DNA of 64,000 bases, taken from NCBI RefSeq assembly GCF_963676685.1, contig NC_092345.1, positions 15,686,001 to 15,750,000 of the forward strand, written 5' to 3'. Under the pieces are notes generated by a model. The model had not been told where the DNA came from. It was given only the letters and a program-made list of their open reading frames with translations, and searched no databases. Each line of letters begins with the position of its first letter. Positions within the stretch are counted from its first letter, which is position 1. Both the position numbers and the translations under genes were made by a program. Source of the stretch: Mytilus edulis (lineage: Eukaryota). Below are positions 12,494 to 25,682 of the stretch, one piece after another.

Positions 12494-15400
12494 ATATTTG
12501 TTTTCACATAGTCACCCATGAGCATGTCAAAAATGAGATTTTTTCTTTTGACACATTGGATTATTGGTGCTATAGATATTTAGCGAACCTAGTTGTCGTA
12601 CTGTACTACAGCTAAGTGTCATTAGAGGCGGATATAGGGGACAGGGGCCCAGGTGCACCTTATGGGGTTTATATATGATAAAGCCTATACTTTTTCGAGT
12701 ATCACTCCAAATGTTGGAATGACTGCAGTCACATCCCATTTTCCCCATCCCGTATCCGCTCTTAATTGTTCAGCACAAATTTATGCTGTTTGAAATGTTT
12801 TAACAGTTAATGTATAGTGACAGGTTTTTACACTTGACTGAATTTATAGCTCAGTATTCGGCCTTGTGTTGAAATTGTTTCTGCATTTCTAAGCAATAAC
12901 AACTGGGATATTAAGTTTAAAACTACCGTATATAAATTTTAAGCATACACCCTTTAAACCCTGGGAAAAGGTATACAGAGCGACAGACAAAACTATTTCC
13001 TTGATCTTATCAAGGTGTTTTCGTAGTCATCACTTTTAAATATACATATCTAAACAACTCTGAAGATGAAATCCTTCTTTGATAAAATATTTTTGATATA
13101 AAAGGTTTAAAACTTCTATCACTATCTTGAGCAAACACATTTTCTCAATTCGTGAACCATTAAACGTATGCAACTGCGATAAAAACCGACATTCGGAAAA
13201 TTTACAACCTTCCCAAACTTGATTTGGGAATTATACACTCAAACAAAGCCAAGAGACGTCAACATTTTGAAAGATATAACAACTGACACATGTACATCGT
13301 GTGAAATAGTGTAGGCTTAGGACAAGTATGCGCTGAGAAAGAGACAAATAAAACCATATTGTTGTAACTTCAAACTAGTATTATTTATAATTAATAAATA
13401 TCGAAAGCAAACTAAAGGACAGCTCGATTCCTTTGATACTAACTGTAGGAGGTATAGTACAATTACTAATTGATGGGTTCGTCTTTGACTGGGATTCACT
13501 TGTTATCTTCTGGGTAAATGGTGAGATCAAACATAAAAGAACTGGATACAAAGTCTCCATGTTTTATAGTTAAATGGGTTAAAACTTAAGATGGTAGGTT
13601 TCTTTGTCGTATTTAAAAGTTTTTTTTTATGTCAACTAATAGTGACTTGGTACATTTTCGCTTAAACAAGAACTTTAAAAAAAACTAATTCTGCGCAGTT
13701 TTTGAATTAGCTAGTATTAGAAATCAATTATACGAAATATTAATTTTATTTGACCATAAAGCTTTTATGTTCCTTTTGCTTGACGTGACTCGGTATTTTT
13801 GCATCATATTATCGATTTTTTGTTTGCTTTTGACGTTACTGGTACAGATTTGCCAAGAACCAAAGCTTGTCTTTTCTATTGTATTTGTGTGTTACGGTGG
13901 AGAAAATTAATCCCCGCATTCATTTATTAGATTTGATTTTGTTCAACGTAATCAGTACGATATTTTGCGTTTGAAGTTGGATTCAAGGCAAACCGGACAT
14001 AGCTTTATAATATAGTTAATTGCTACCTTAGTTTGCTATTAATAAGTATTGAAATGTGCATTGTTATTAAATGCAATATCAGTATTTAATTCAAATATAA
14101 TCTTAAATCAATCCTAATTCTATCTTATTCATTCTTATGTGACGTCATTTTTCATTTTTTGATGATCTGTTTTACAAATTCAACGTCATTTGTTTTTTCG
14201 TTTTTTACAATTTCAAATATGACGTAACTTGGCGTTGAGGTTTAAACTTATTCGGATGTGTCTACATTTTGTGTTGCAAATGTCTGGTTATATAATGTAT
14301 TTCAGTTGTTTTCTGTAATTAGTTAATACTTCAGTTTGAACATATACATCTTTTGTATAGTAATTTTATGAATTTACTGTTTGCAAAAGTATAAATTATT
14401 CTAAATAATAGGGATGTTCTGGTACTAACAGAAAATCCTGGCCGTCTTTGGCACAACTTTTTTTTATCTTTTGGTCCTCGATGCTGTTCGACTTAGTGCT
14501 TGTTTCGGCTTTCAAACTTTTGTATCTGGGCGTCACTAGTAGATCTTGTGTGGACAAAATGCACTTCTGGCGTATTAAAATTTTGAACTTGTTGCCTTTT
14601 GTTGGCTGTTGTTCGTGTGTTTCTTTGTCAATTGTGTTCTCCAATTTATTTTTATTGTAGTCCTGTGGTGTTGAGTTGTCATTTTAATGTTATATTTCAC
14701 ATGGCTATGAAAGAGGGTGGTTTGGCATGCCACAAAACCAGGTTCAACCCACCATTTTTTCCTTTAAAAATGTCCTGTACCAAGTCAGGAATATGGCCAT
14801 TGTCATTTTATAGTTCGTTTCTGTGTCTGTTACATTTTAACGTTGCGTCGTTTGTTTTCTCTTATTTTTGAGTGTAAATTCACATTGCGATAAGACGTGT
14901 CACGCTACTTGTCTATCCCAAATTCATGTATTTGGTTTTGAGGTTATATTTGTTTTTCTCGTGGGATTTTGTCTGATGCTTGGTCCGTTTCTGTGTGTGT
15001 TACATTATAGTGTTGTGTCGTTGTTCTCCTCTTATATTTAATGCGTTTCCCTCAGTTTAAGTATGTTACCCCGATTTTGTTTATTGTCCATGGATTTATG
15101 AGTTTGAACAGCGGTATACTACTGTTACATTTATTTACCCACATGATTATGACGATAAACAGACAGTGCTTATTGTCAAAAATTAAAGTATATCAATGTG
15201 CGATTAATGGTAGAAGATGTTTAATCTTGCACCACCTGATGAAAAAGATGTGTGCTAAAAAGCGATAATAATGGGTTTTTTTCTAATTCAAATTGCAAAG
15301 TATATTTAAAATAACAGCAGTAAAGTAATGAATTTATTGTATCCCATGTAATTCTGCACATTTGGTTTATATACATAACACTATAGCTCTAAGGAGAGGC

Positions 15401-17770
15401 GGCGTCGGATTTGCAAATGAGTGTTTTACAAATTAAAAGTGTCCAGTGTTTAATTGACACAAAAAGTATGTTTCAATAATAAATTTGACATTTCGACTTG
15501 TACACAACATTTATAATTTCAGTTCAATCTTATATATGCAATTAAATGTTGGATTTTAGAACCATCTCAGCAAGGATAAAGTTTTAATTTTGATTTGAAT
15601 TAAAAATAGATCTGAATTTTAATTTTTTTAAAACCTACCCATTCACATTAAAGGAGACGCCTGTTGTGTGACCATTTAAGATCATTTTATGTTTATTCAT
15701 GTAAATGAACGTCATAACAGAGGATGAAACTGGTGTTCTTAAATTATTATTTTTTGTGTGTATTTTATGCACTAAAGATCAGAGGGTGAAATCGGATATG
15801 AGAACAGTTTCCCTATTTCGTCAATTATTTTGTAAACTTTATCAATCGTAACCGGAATTCAAAGTTGTTTAATAGTCATTTTCTAAAGCAAAACTGTATG
15901 ATTGCATAGTAATATCGTCAGAATGATTCTCGATCAGTTTTGACAACTGTTTGTTTAGCCAACACCTCCACCTAAACGAACACACCGCAGGTATTTTGAC
16001 GTGTAACGGTGACTAAAGTGATTAATTAATCACAAATATTTTGACAGTAGATATAGTGCATATGTGCAGATATCCCTTAGAAGAATAAATCTACCATTCT
16101 TTGTAGCATTTAAACTGTCGTGAAATACGACCAACTTCGACAAACAAATTTAACCCTGACGACTTGAAGTTTCTGCCAGACATATAATATGACATAACAA
16201 GTATACAAATATTTACTGATTTTTCACACAAAGCTTGGTAAAGATTTGGTTAATAAGCGGTATTATTGAAGACTGTCTTAACAGGTGAAAGGTAAGTATG
16301 GTCGTGTTTTGGTGTAGGTAGAATGAGGAATTTAACCTCTAGTGTTGAGACAGAAAAATGTCAAAGCATGCGCTCCCAGTAGTTTGTTTTGGTGTGCGTG
16401 CTCTTAAAAATAGGTTTGTATCAAAATTAAAATGAAATTAGTATAAGAAGTGAAATAAAGCTAAAACTGCCTTTAGTTTTTGCGTACTTTACGTCCAGTT
16501 ACGATTGTGTCATGCACATTCAAAACGACTTGATTTCAGTGACTGTATTAGTGTAAATAAACTCACATATTTGAGAATGACGCTGGGTTGTAGCTATGTA
16601 GCATCGAATGTTTAGTTTTTCATTTTGAAGAGAATAGCTCAATTATTTTTCTGTAATGATTTGCTTGTTTGTTTGGTCGGGATTTGTTAATATCACATAT
16701 GATAGGGGGTGCAGTTTCTATATGGCTTTTCATTTATAGAGAACTAGTGTGGTCTGCTTTCTTTGAGAATTGACAATTTCTGTCATAAATCACAGAGTCT
16801 ATAGTCCTTCAGTTGAAATGATTAGTATAAGTTACTCTATATACTACTCAGTCCTCTGAGGTTTAAAAAAGGACAATACGTACAATGCACTTAGACATCA
16901 ATGCCCGTATGCATGAAGCTACTTAAGTTAATATTTGTTCAGAACGGATGGGTGTTTTTTTACATGTCTACGACATATAGGTACTACGATTGGATCTATT
17001 AACGTTAGGGGTTTTATGCATACTACATTTTAAAATTTGCAGGATAGTTTTATGTTAGTTTTGTTTAAGTTAGTGATATTTTGTTTTAGTTGGTGATATT
17101 TTGTTTTGTTTCGTGTATTTAATTATTTATCTATCAAAATCAGAATTTTTTTTAATTTACTTTTATAACAGTTAAAAGAACAATATTTTCGAAAACTTCA
17201 GGATAAATAAGAAGTCAGTTCGATCATTACTTTTATTGTCATGACAACAACAACTCGATACAAAAGCTTCACTTGTAGATAAGAGTTTTATCTTTGATGA
17301 CTGTTGTAAGTTATTGTGTTAAGGAAATTATGACAATCTGTGTAAATATGCTCAAGTTTAACAAACGTATCACAAGGGCTTTTCGGATTTTTTTTTATCT
17401 AGAATTCCGTTCAATCTTTGAAAACTGTTCACGGGACAGCGTTTCTAAGGAAACAAAGAAGTCATAAAGTCTAATTTTTTCCGTATAGATTGATTTATGT
17501 TAGTTTTTATATTCTGTTAGATAGTATATACATGAAATTCTGTGCCATACGTAATGAAAATGACCAAAGATGTCATAGAAAATTGTGAGTTAACAAAACA
17601 GAACATGTTTTTGTTTGTTAATTGGTAAAGTGAAACTCTGAATGTTTTGTAATACTAAGTATTTTCTACCACAGGAATACATATACTAATCCGTATTTGG
17701 CAAAACCTTATCGAATTATCTTAATGGTTTTCAACTTAGTACATTAATTGGATTTTGACTTTTTTTATTC

Positions 17771-17816
17771 GAGCGTCACTGATGAGTCTCTTGAAGACGA
17801 AACGAATGCCTGGCGT
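17771..17816 (+). ncRNA. Hammerhead ribozyme copy, probably inactivated
   Basis: gagcgtca CTGATGA gtctcttgaagac GAAA cgaatgcc tggcgt; cleavage triplet is GCC rather than GUC. Confidence 0.65.
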
Positions 17817-19902
17817 ACAATATTTCAATCCTGATATCAATGATTAGTTTATGGTACAAAGTTCGGTTACAAATGTCCCCAGACATATGTTTCCATTTTA
17901 TTCAATTTATTAAACATATTATGTTATTTGTATTTTTAGTGTTATATGCTTCACATTCATAACATATTCATATTTTATATTCATGTTTCGTGACGATTGA
18001 CGACAAATAATTTTGCGCTGCGTATTTTGTAGAACTAATATAAGCAATTTTCGAGAGTCGCCGCTACAGATTCATATAATATATAAAAGTATGATAACTT
18101 GGACAACTAGTTTAATGCAAAAAATGGCCCACAATTAATACCACGTCTAAAGTAACTTCTGGTGACTATTTTCACCCAGTTTTGCGAAAGATTCGTGTCC
18201 CATTTTTTCTGCGACACGAATAACAATGCTGTTGTAATACGATTTATCTATACACCAGGCTCAATGATAAGTCCTGTATAGACGAAACGCGCATCTGGCG
18301 TACAGAAGTATAAGCCTGGTTGGTATCTTTTTACCTTGGCAAAAAGAAAGTTAAAGTAAATAACATGCAATCATGTTAACCAGTATTCATAATTTGAAAC
18401 TATTTTAAATAGAGAAAAAAAACCAATCAAAATACAAACAGTATGCTTCCGATACAAGCAGTACTGTACAAAAATCAGTCATCATGGCATTTATGGACCG
18501 CTTTTAACTTGAAGATTTAGTGAGATTTTGAATGCTATAAATTCTTCTGCCTTCTTCAGTTCCTCCTAGAGACGTAGAAATACCAGATAAAAACAAACCC
18601 AGGATTTAAAATCGTAAATATTCTCCTTTTCGCTATCATTTATAAAGTAGATCAAACGAATTATTTCTACATTTGACAAAAATGGTTGTTGCATAAGTGC
18701 AAATTATCGGATTAAGTTGGATCAACTGTAGGAGCAATAACAGTTGTAAAAGAATTAAACAGTAGAAACTTGTAATCGGAAACGTGTTTTCGGACAAATT
18801 TTCTTCTGAAATATGGGTGTGTGTGACCGATTTTTAATACCAGCTACATTATACCTAGTGTGGGGTTAAACCGAATACAAGTAGACACTTACAATTTATC
18901 ATTATATAAAGATTTTGCCAAAATGTTTTCCAATTATACATGTAGATTGCACAGAAGCAACTATCTAGTGTGGGCATTTAAAAAACTGTTAGCGTTATAC
19001 TAGTAAAATGCAGCAGTGCTATTTAATTTATCGGGATAAATTTATTGCTCGTTTAATTTTTTCATGCCGTTATTGAATTTTCAAGAAATCATTTACACGT
19101 TTACTCTGATATCTACCCGTATCATTTAAAAAAAAACCAATATTTAAAGAACGAAATAACTAATATTTGTATTTTTAACATCTGAGGAAATAACATGAAA
19201 CTTTACCCTTATCTCCATCTTTGATTGTTTTTCTACCTAAATAATAGATTTTTCATATCGAGTGATACAACCTTCGGCTGTTATCTGGCCTTTTGGTTGA
19301 GTTGGTGTCTCTTTGACACATTTCCAAATTTCATTCTTAATTTTAAGAATAAGAAAAAAACAATCATCTATCAGCTGAACTATTATCATAAATTTCATCC
19401 TTTTTCTTATATGTAAATAAGTTTTACTGGTAGCTGTAAAGCATGCAATAAATCGGTTTCCATTCCTTTTATTTTGATGAGGAAGTCTGAGAGGGATTTT
19501 TTTTTATTAAACTAAAACCTTATCTAAAGTATAGACTTTTTTTACCAATTCAGATAGTTGTTGAGAAGACTACCCTATTATGAAATGACCTGTCATGTCT
19601 CTATTTATCGGTTCAAATGAGACGAAGACAGTTTTCAAAGTAAGAATTCTAAATTTTGGACTTTGCAACTGTTCAACATGTAAAGAGTTTGATCAATTTT
19701 ATACTATTTGTGTTCTAGTGTATTCACATTTCATTTTTACAAATTTAATGTTTGTTCGATGTTTTTAACCATTGTACTGCATTTTCCTTCTGTATAACAT
19801 ATATTTACCATATTAAGTTTGTGCTAGAAATCGGACGTGTTAGACTCCTCCTCGTCTTCATTTTAATCCATTATATAAGAATACAATGATGATTGATACT
19901 AT

Positions 19903-20220
19903 GAACAAGAATGTGTCCCCAGTACACGGATGCCCCACGCGCACTATCATTTTCTATGTGCAGTGGACCGTGAAATTGGGATCAAAACTCTTATTTAGCA
20001 TTAAAATTAGAAGTATCATATTATAAGGAACATGTGTACTAGGTTTCAAGTTGATTGGCCTTAAACTTCATCAATAACTACCTTGACCAAAAACTTTAAC
20101 CTGAAGCGGAACGAACGGACGTACGGATGCATGGACGAACGAACAGACAGACAGACGGACGAACAGACGTACAGACCATAAAACATAATGCCCCTTTACT
20201 ATCGTAGATGAGCATAAAAC
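19903..20220. mobile_element. HINE-type element
   Basis: Homologous to 46608-47125; GACG/GAAC microsatellite and 3' hairpin. Confidence 0.72.
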
Positions 20221-20678
20221 ATATAAGCAACATTTGTAGGGACCTTTGTAGCCGAGAGGTCTAAGTTATCCAACAGACTACATCACTTATCTCTAGCCTG
20301 TCAACCCTGAGGTTGCGAGTGGTCTGTCATCATATATACACACACCCAAAATAAAATAGGCACTGACTACGGTTACATGGAAATGTAACCATAACATAAA
20401 AAAATATGTTACATTGGAGACGATTTGCAGGAATGCAGTGTTTGAAAAGGAACCGATTAATTACGATTGTAACAATAATAATTGAGTCTACGGTCACATT
20501 ACGTAACTGTTACATTAATGCAAAATAAAACTTGAAAAAGTTTATTTGAATTTTACAATAATGCATACAATTTTTTTTTTAATTATTTACAATGTCAGTT
20601 TCTACATGTCGGCAAATATAAACATCACTGAATTGCCTTCACAATATGATATAAACATCTCAAGAGTCAAGGAATATA

Positions 20679-20985
20679 CCCGAGGGTATCACCAGCCAAG
20701 TAGTCAACAGTTCGGTGTTGACATGAATATCAATTAAATTGTAGTTTCCCTGTTTACAAAACTTTGAATTTTTCGAAAAACTAAGGATTTTCTTATCCCA
20801 GGAGTAGATTACCTTAGCCGTATTGGCACAACTTTTTGGAATTTTTTATTCTCAATGTTCTTCAACTTTGTACTTGTTTGGCTTTTTAAATAATTTTATA
20901 TGAGCGTCACTGATGAGTCTTATGTAGACGAAACGCGCGTCTGGCGTATTAAATTATAATCCTGGTACCTTTGATAACTATATTC
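20679..20985 (+). mobile_element. Penelope-type terminal repeat (pLTR) / retrozyme-like monomer containing the hammerhead
   Basis: About 300-bp interspersed repeat; related pieces at about 6540-6670, 8430-8925, 14370-14590, 17640-17850 and 24440-24620(-); directly precedes the PLE RT. Confidence 0.7.
20904..20947 (+). ncRNA. Type I hammerhead ribozyme, apparently intact
   Basis: GCGTCA-CTGATGA-GTCT(tatgt)AGAC-GAAA-CGCGCG-TC^TGGCGT: full core, stem I GCGUCA/UGGCGU, stem II GUCU/AGAC, palindromic mini stem III ACGCGCGU, GUC cleavage triplet. Confidence 0.88.
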
Positions 20986-20996
20986 TATATTCACTG

Positions 20997-21552
20997 GATC
21001 TTCCATCACTGTATTGGATACTTAAACTGCATAAGTGTCCTTACAAACAACGGTATATTGCTGGGTCGTCCAAGTGCTCCACGAAACCTCTATCTAAATT
21101 ATTAACATCTATTTTATCAGCAATCAAAGACGGGCTTCAAAGTTATTATGAAACGGCCTATTCTAGAGGTGGCGTGAATCAGATGGGGATACTTAAAAAT
21201 TCCAAAGATCTTTTAGAGTACATACAATCTAACTCTCTTTCATCTTGTAATAGTATTAAAACATTTGACTTTTCTACACTTTATACAAGTATTTCACATT
21301 CCAAACTAAAAGAAAAATTGAAAGAGTTGGTATTGCTTTGTTTCATCAATAAGTATGGCCAACGAAGATACAAGTATCTTGTCTTAGGAAGGGATAAATC
21401 CTACTTTGTAAAGGATCACTCTGATTCAAACAAAAAAATCTCTGAAACTGACATTATCAAGATGCTTGATTTTTAGATTGACAACATATTTGTTACGTTC
21501 GGAGGACGTGTTTTTAACAGAATATCGGCATTCCAATGGGAACGAATTGTTC
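20997..21552 (+). mobile_element. Penelope-like element (Naiad/Neptune-like) reverse transcriptase fragment, disrupted
   Basis: LPSLYWILKLHK...RYIAGSSKCSTKPLSK...KTFDFSTLYT...IDNIFV...GIPMGTNC; stop at 21474-21476 and a frameshift near 21515; truncated by an insertion at about 21553. Confidence 0.85.
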
Positions 21553-22120
21553 CTTACGTAAACTAGTTTTGGCCCAAGAAAATAAAATGTTTGATAATTA
21601 TTTCAAATTTGCACATAATGTTTAGAAATGCATTGGGTCAAGAAATATAAATAAAAAACATAAAGATTTGTATCTGATGACGTCACAATTACGTCATAAT
21701 ATGTACTGTTTTCACAAAAACGATGAAAAAAAACAGAATTTATGCAATTTTCTTTCTTTATATCTGTTGTGGAAACATCCTGCGCACCCAAGAAACAACA
21801 AAATAATTTAACAGGAGCTTTATTATAACTATTGGCTTGATTTCACCAAATATAAAGTTGTTTTTTGGGTGCGCACATACTTTTTCAATACTTAAAATTT
21901 GATAAAAAAACAAAGAAAATCACGAAATTTAACACAATATGCAAATTAATTCATGATTTGTTGCCATGGTAACTTGCTCGATGTCAAATTTTTGTTTTGT
22001 TTTTCTTAGTACCTTACACCTTAGTCAAGTTTTCAGTTATTTAAGAACATGTATGATAACTTTTAAATTTGCAGTAGTTTTGGGCCAAATAAGGGCCTTA
22101 TTGCCCCCTTCTCCTTTGAC
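21553..22120. mobile_element. Non-autonomous DNA-transposon-like repeat interrupting the PLE RT
   Basis: RT homology ends abruptly; related terminal motifs (tagttttggccc / tagttttgggcc) near both ends. Confidence 0.45.
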
Positions 22121-22184
22121 TCCAAAAAATATTCAGTTATTGACGAAATACAAGTCCGTCAGATTACAAGAGAACACAGAAATT

Positions 22185-23705
22185 TCGTATTGTTGTTGCC
22201 TTTGAGGAGCGTTGACGGAATTTTTGATGCCGTATATCGTAAATTTATACAGTTTTGTAGACTCGGTGAGAATAAGGGGAGGGATTGAGATTGACAAATT
22301 GTAATTGCTTGTTTGTTATTGCAGACTGTACGTTGACATCTACATGTCTATATTGTATTTCGTAGTTGGGATGATGTCCTGTATTTGTACATGCAGAATG
22401 TTAAGTACAGGAAAGTAATTTGCTTCGAAATTGAGAAAAAAATCACTGTATCAGTTATTTTTTGTGTGTATTGTAGGTCAATATGTCGCGACATTTTATT
22501 AAACGATAAAACGTGGTATTAGAAAAAGAACACAGAGCTTATGACAACATGTAGAGAGAGAGGTTGGCTGCAGAGGAGTTCCTGCACAGTCAGTATGGAG
22601 GATTATACAGGCTATTGGAATTGTCAGAAAGGCAAGGAAGACAGCTGTAAGACAGCTGGGGAAGCAGCAGAACGTTCATCTTGCTGGTTAAGGCATCGTC
22701 GAGATGATATGAGCTTGAAGTCGAGTGCTGATGAGAAGATATTTGGCCACCTCTACTGACCCGCCAACCAGATGATGTATGGGTAAAAGGTCGACACACC
22801 CGGTGAAGGTTGGGACCATATTATGACATCAAAGTAGCGGCGGAGAGCGACAAAGATTCAGAGATGAGGGAATTAAGAGCAGTCAAGAGACAACAGAAAG
22901 CAGAACACCACCATATGTAAGTTATAATCACACCTTAATTATTCAAGAATGGTATGCATGGGAAAAAATGTTCAATGTTATACAGTCATTTCATACATAA
23001 ACTTTTTTGAAAATCAGACAATAATGATATTCCCAAGCTGGAGCGTAATAGAGAAAACAGTTTTAATAAAGCATTAATTATTAATATTAACTGTTAGATC
23101 AAAAGTTTACCACGATGTCCGTTTATGCAGCTATTTCAATTTATGTATCACCTGATTTCAAGGTTGATTAGCGTAATCATGGTTAACTAGAAAAAAAACT
23201 TGTTTATTTGAAAGCATAATCAGATTGCCACAAATTGGTACAACTCAAATTCCTCTCCGGTTGGTTATGATTCATCAGAAAAGAGCTAATATACTTCCAA
23301 CACACACAATACTGGCAAATGATTTTTCCTGCGGTTTCACGGCAATGTGTCGTCTGCGAGTAATGTTGTCAGTATTAAATTGTAATGCTGCCTGCAAATG
23401 AACTACATCTATCAGTCATTAAATTTAGATTTTTTGTTGAGGATTTCCTGATTTTGTAGAATTGTCTGTCCAAGTTTGAAATAAAGATCATTACCTTGAA
23501 AGACTACCATCGCATACGAAGATATTGGTTCAATGTCAATTTTCTAATTCAGGGTGGTGGTTCTATGCGACTGTGATACAATTTAGAGGTATATTGAGTT
23601 ACTAGTAGCTATAAAACCAAGTTTATGCCACCATTTTTTACACGAGGAGCTGTCTGTACCAAGTCAGGAATATGACAGTTATTTTAATTCGTTTGATATC
23701 ATGTT
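22185..23705 (+). repeat. Local duplication, paralogous to about 29925-31012
   Basis: Collinear blocks such as tttgaggagcgttgacgg, gattgagattgacaaatt, tgtcgcgacatt, ggttatgattcatcagaaaa, gaaagactaccat. Confidence 0.85.
22525..22925 (+). mobile_element. 3' end of an RLE-type (Hero-like) non-LTR retrotransposon, 5'-truncated and degenerate
   Basis: Across frames: TELMTTCRERGW...RGVPAQSVWRIIQAIGI...GEAAERSSCWLRHRR, like the Hero-clade ORF C-terminus; absent from the paralogous segment at about 30255. Confidence 0.65.
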
Positions 23706-24465
23706 TTGGCCATTTCTGTATTTTTGTTATTTTGTTTTTCACAGTACCCAACCACAATGGTTTTTTTTTATCCATGTTAGAGAACAGTAACAGTGTCAGT
23801 TACGATTCATCTTGTAATGATCTGTAATTGTAAAAAAGTCAAAAGGTCTAATTTCTTCCGTATAAATTGATATGTGTATGTTTTTTTCCCATTCTCTTAG
23901 ATAGTATAAATACGCTATGAAAATGGTTTCTAATGTAATAAAAAAAATATGAGTTAACAAAACAGAAAACTGTGCTTTTTTTGGTTTGTTTGTTGATAAA
24001 GTGAAACTTTTAATTTTACGTAATCCGAAGTATTTTCTAACTTAGGTATATGTTACCTTAGATGTAAATAAAGGCAACAGTAGTAAACCGCTGTTCGAAA
24101 TTCATGGATCGATTGAGAAAAGCCTAATCCGGGTTACACACTAAAACTGGGGGAAACACATCAAATATAAGAAACCTACGACACAACGGAAACACAACAT
24201 TAAAATGCAACACACATAGAAACGAACTATAATATAACAATGGCCATTTTCCTGACTTGGTATAGGACATTTTAAGAAAAAAAATGGTGGGTTGAACCTG
24301 GTTTTGTGGCTAGCCAAACCTCCTGCTTTTATGGCAATGTTTAGTATAACATTAAAATGACAACATTACATGACAGGACTATAAAACAAATAAATAGGAA
24401 AACATATAGGATAGAAAAAACACACGAAATATAGCTAACAAAGGGTACCAGGTTTAAAATTTAAT

Positions 24466-24511
24466 ACGCCAGACGCGCGTTTCGTCCACACGAGACTAAC
24501 CAGTGGCGCTC
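24466..24511 (-). ncRNA. Hammerhead ribozyme variant with altered core (CUGGUUA)
   Basis: Reverse complement gagcgcca ctggtta gtctcgtgtggac gaaa cgcgcgtc tggcgt; stems kept, core mutated. Confidence 0.6.
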
Positions 24512-25682
24512 AGATCAAAAAAGTTCGAAAGGCGAAACAAGAAGAGAGTTGAAGAGCATTGAGGGCCAAAAGTTCCAAAAAGTTGTCCCTAATACGGCTA
24601 AGGTTTTCTGCTTGGGATAATAATGAGAGTATCTGACAAATGAACCGTCATGTTTTCAATATAAACAAAATATGGTATACTTAATTATTAATAAGACAGC
24701 AACCCAACAACAAAAATTACTATAAAAATAAAGGCAACAGTAGTATACCGTTGTTCGAAACTCATAAATCGATTGAGCAAAAAACAAATCCGGGTTACAA
24801 ACTAAAACTGAGGGAACGCAATAAATGTGTCTTACGTTAAGATTTTCGGACTTTAACACTAAGCTTCTAAACACAATTTTCAACACTTTCTTCGATCTAA
24901 ACATGTTACAAGATTAAACGTGTTAAAATATGAGAGCAAAAAATGTACAAACTCTAGTTCAGGATTTAAACACCATTTATACAGTTAACGTGTAGAAATT
25001 TTATCGGAAATGATATTTTTTTTACGTGGTCATACAGAAATTTGATATATATCATGTCGATGCCTCCAATTTGATCGAAAATTCGGGTCGGTCTATACTA
25101 CATAACTTTTACACCCATTTCTGAGATAAACATGATCATAAATAAAGGCAACAGTAGTATACCGCTGTTCAAAACTCACAAATCCATGGACAAAATACAA
25201 AATCGGGGCAACAAACCAAAACCGAGGGAAACGCATTAAATATAAGAGGAGAACAACGACATAACACTAAAATGTAACACACATAGACAAAATCCTACGA
25301 GAATAACAAATATAACATATATATATATAACATCTAAACCAAATACATGAATTTGGGATAGACAAGTACCGTGACACGTCTTATCGCAATGTGAATTTAA
25401 CAAACACAATCTTCAGTTAAAAATGTTGCGAAATTAAACATGTTAAAAAGGTCGCAAACAATGTACAATGTATTTAGAATTGTGTTTAGGGTTTAAACAC
25501 CATTTATACAGTGATCACGTAGGAAGTTTATCGTAAATGCAATTTTTAAAGTGTGCATATAGACACTTATTCTGAGATGTTATGTCGATACTAACAGTTT
25601 GAACGAAAATTTCGGTCTATACATTATGACTTGATTTTATTCTTCAAAAAAACAGAAAAACTGAATTATATCCGCCATGTAA

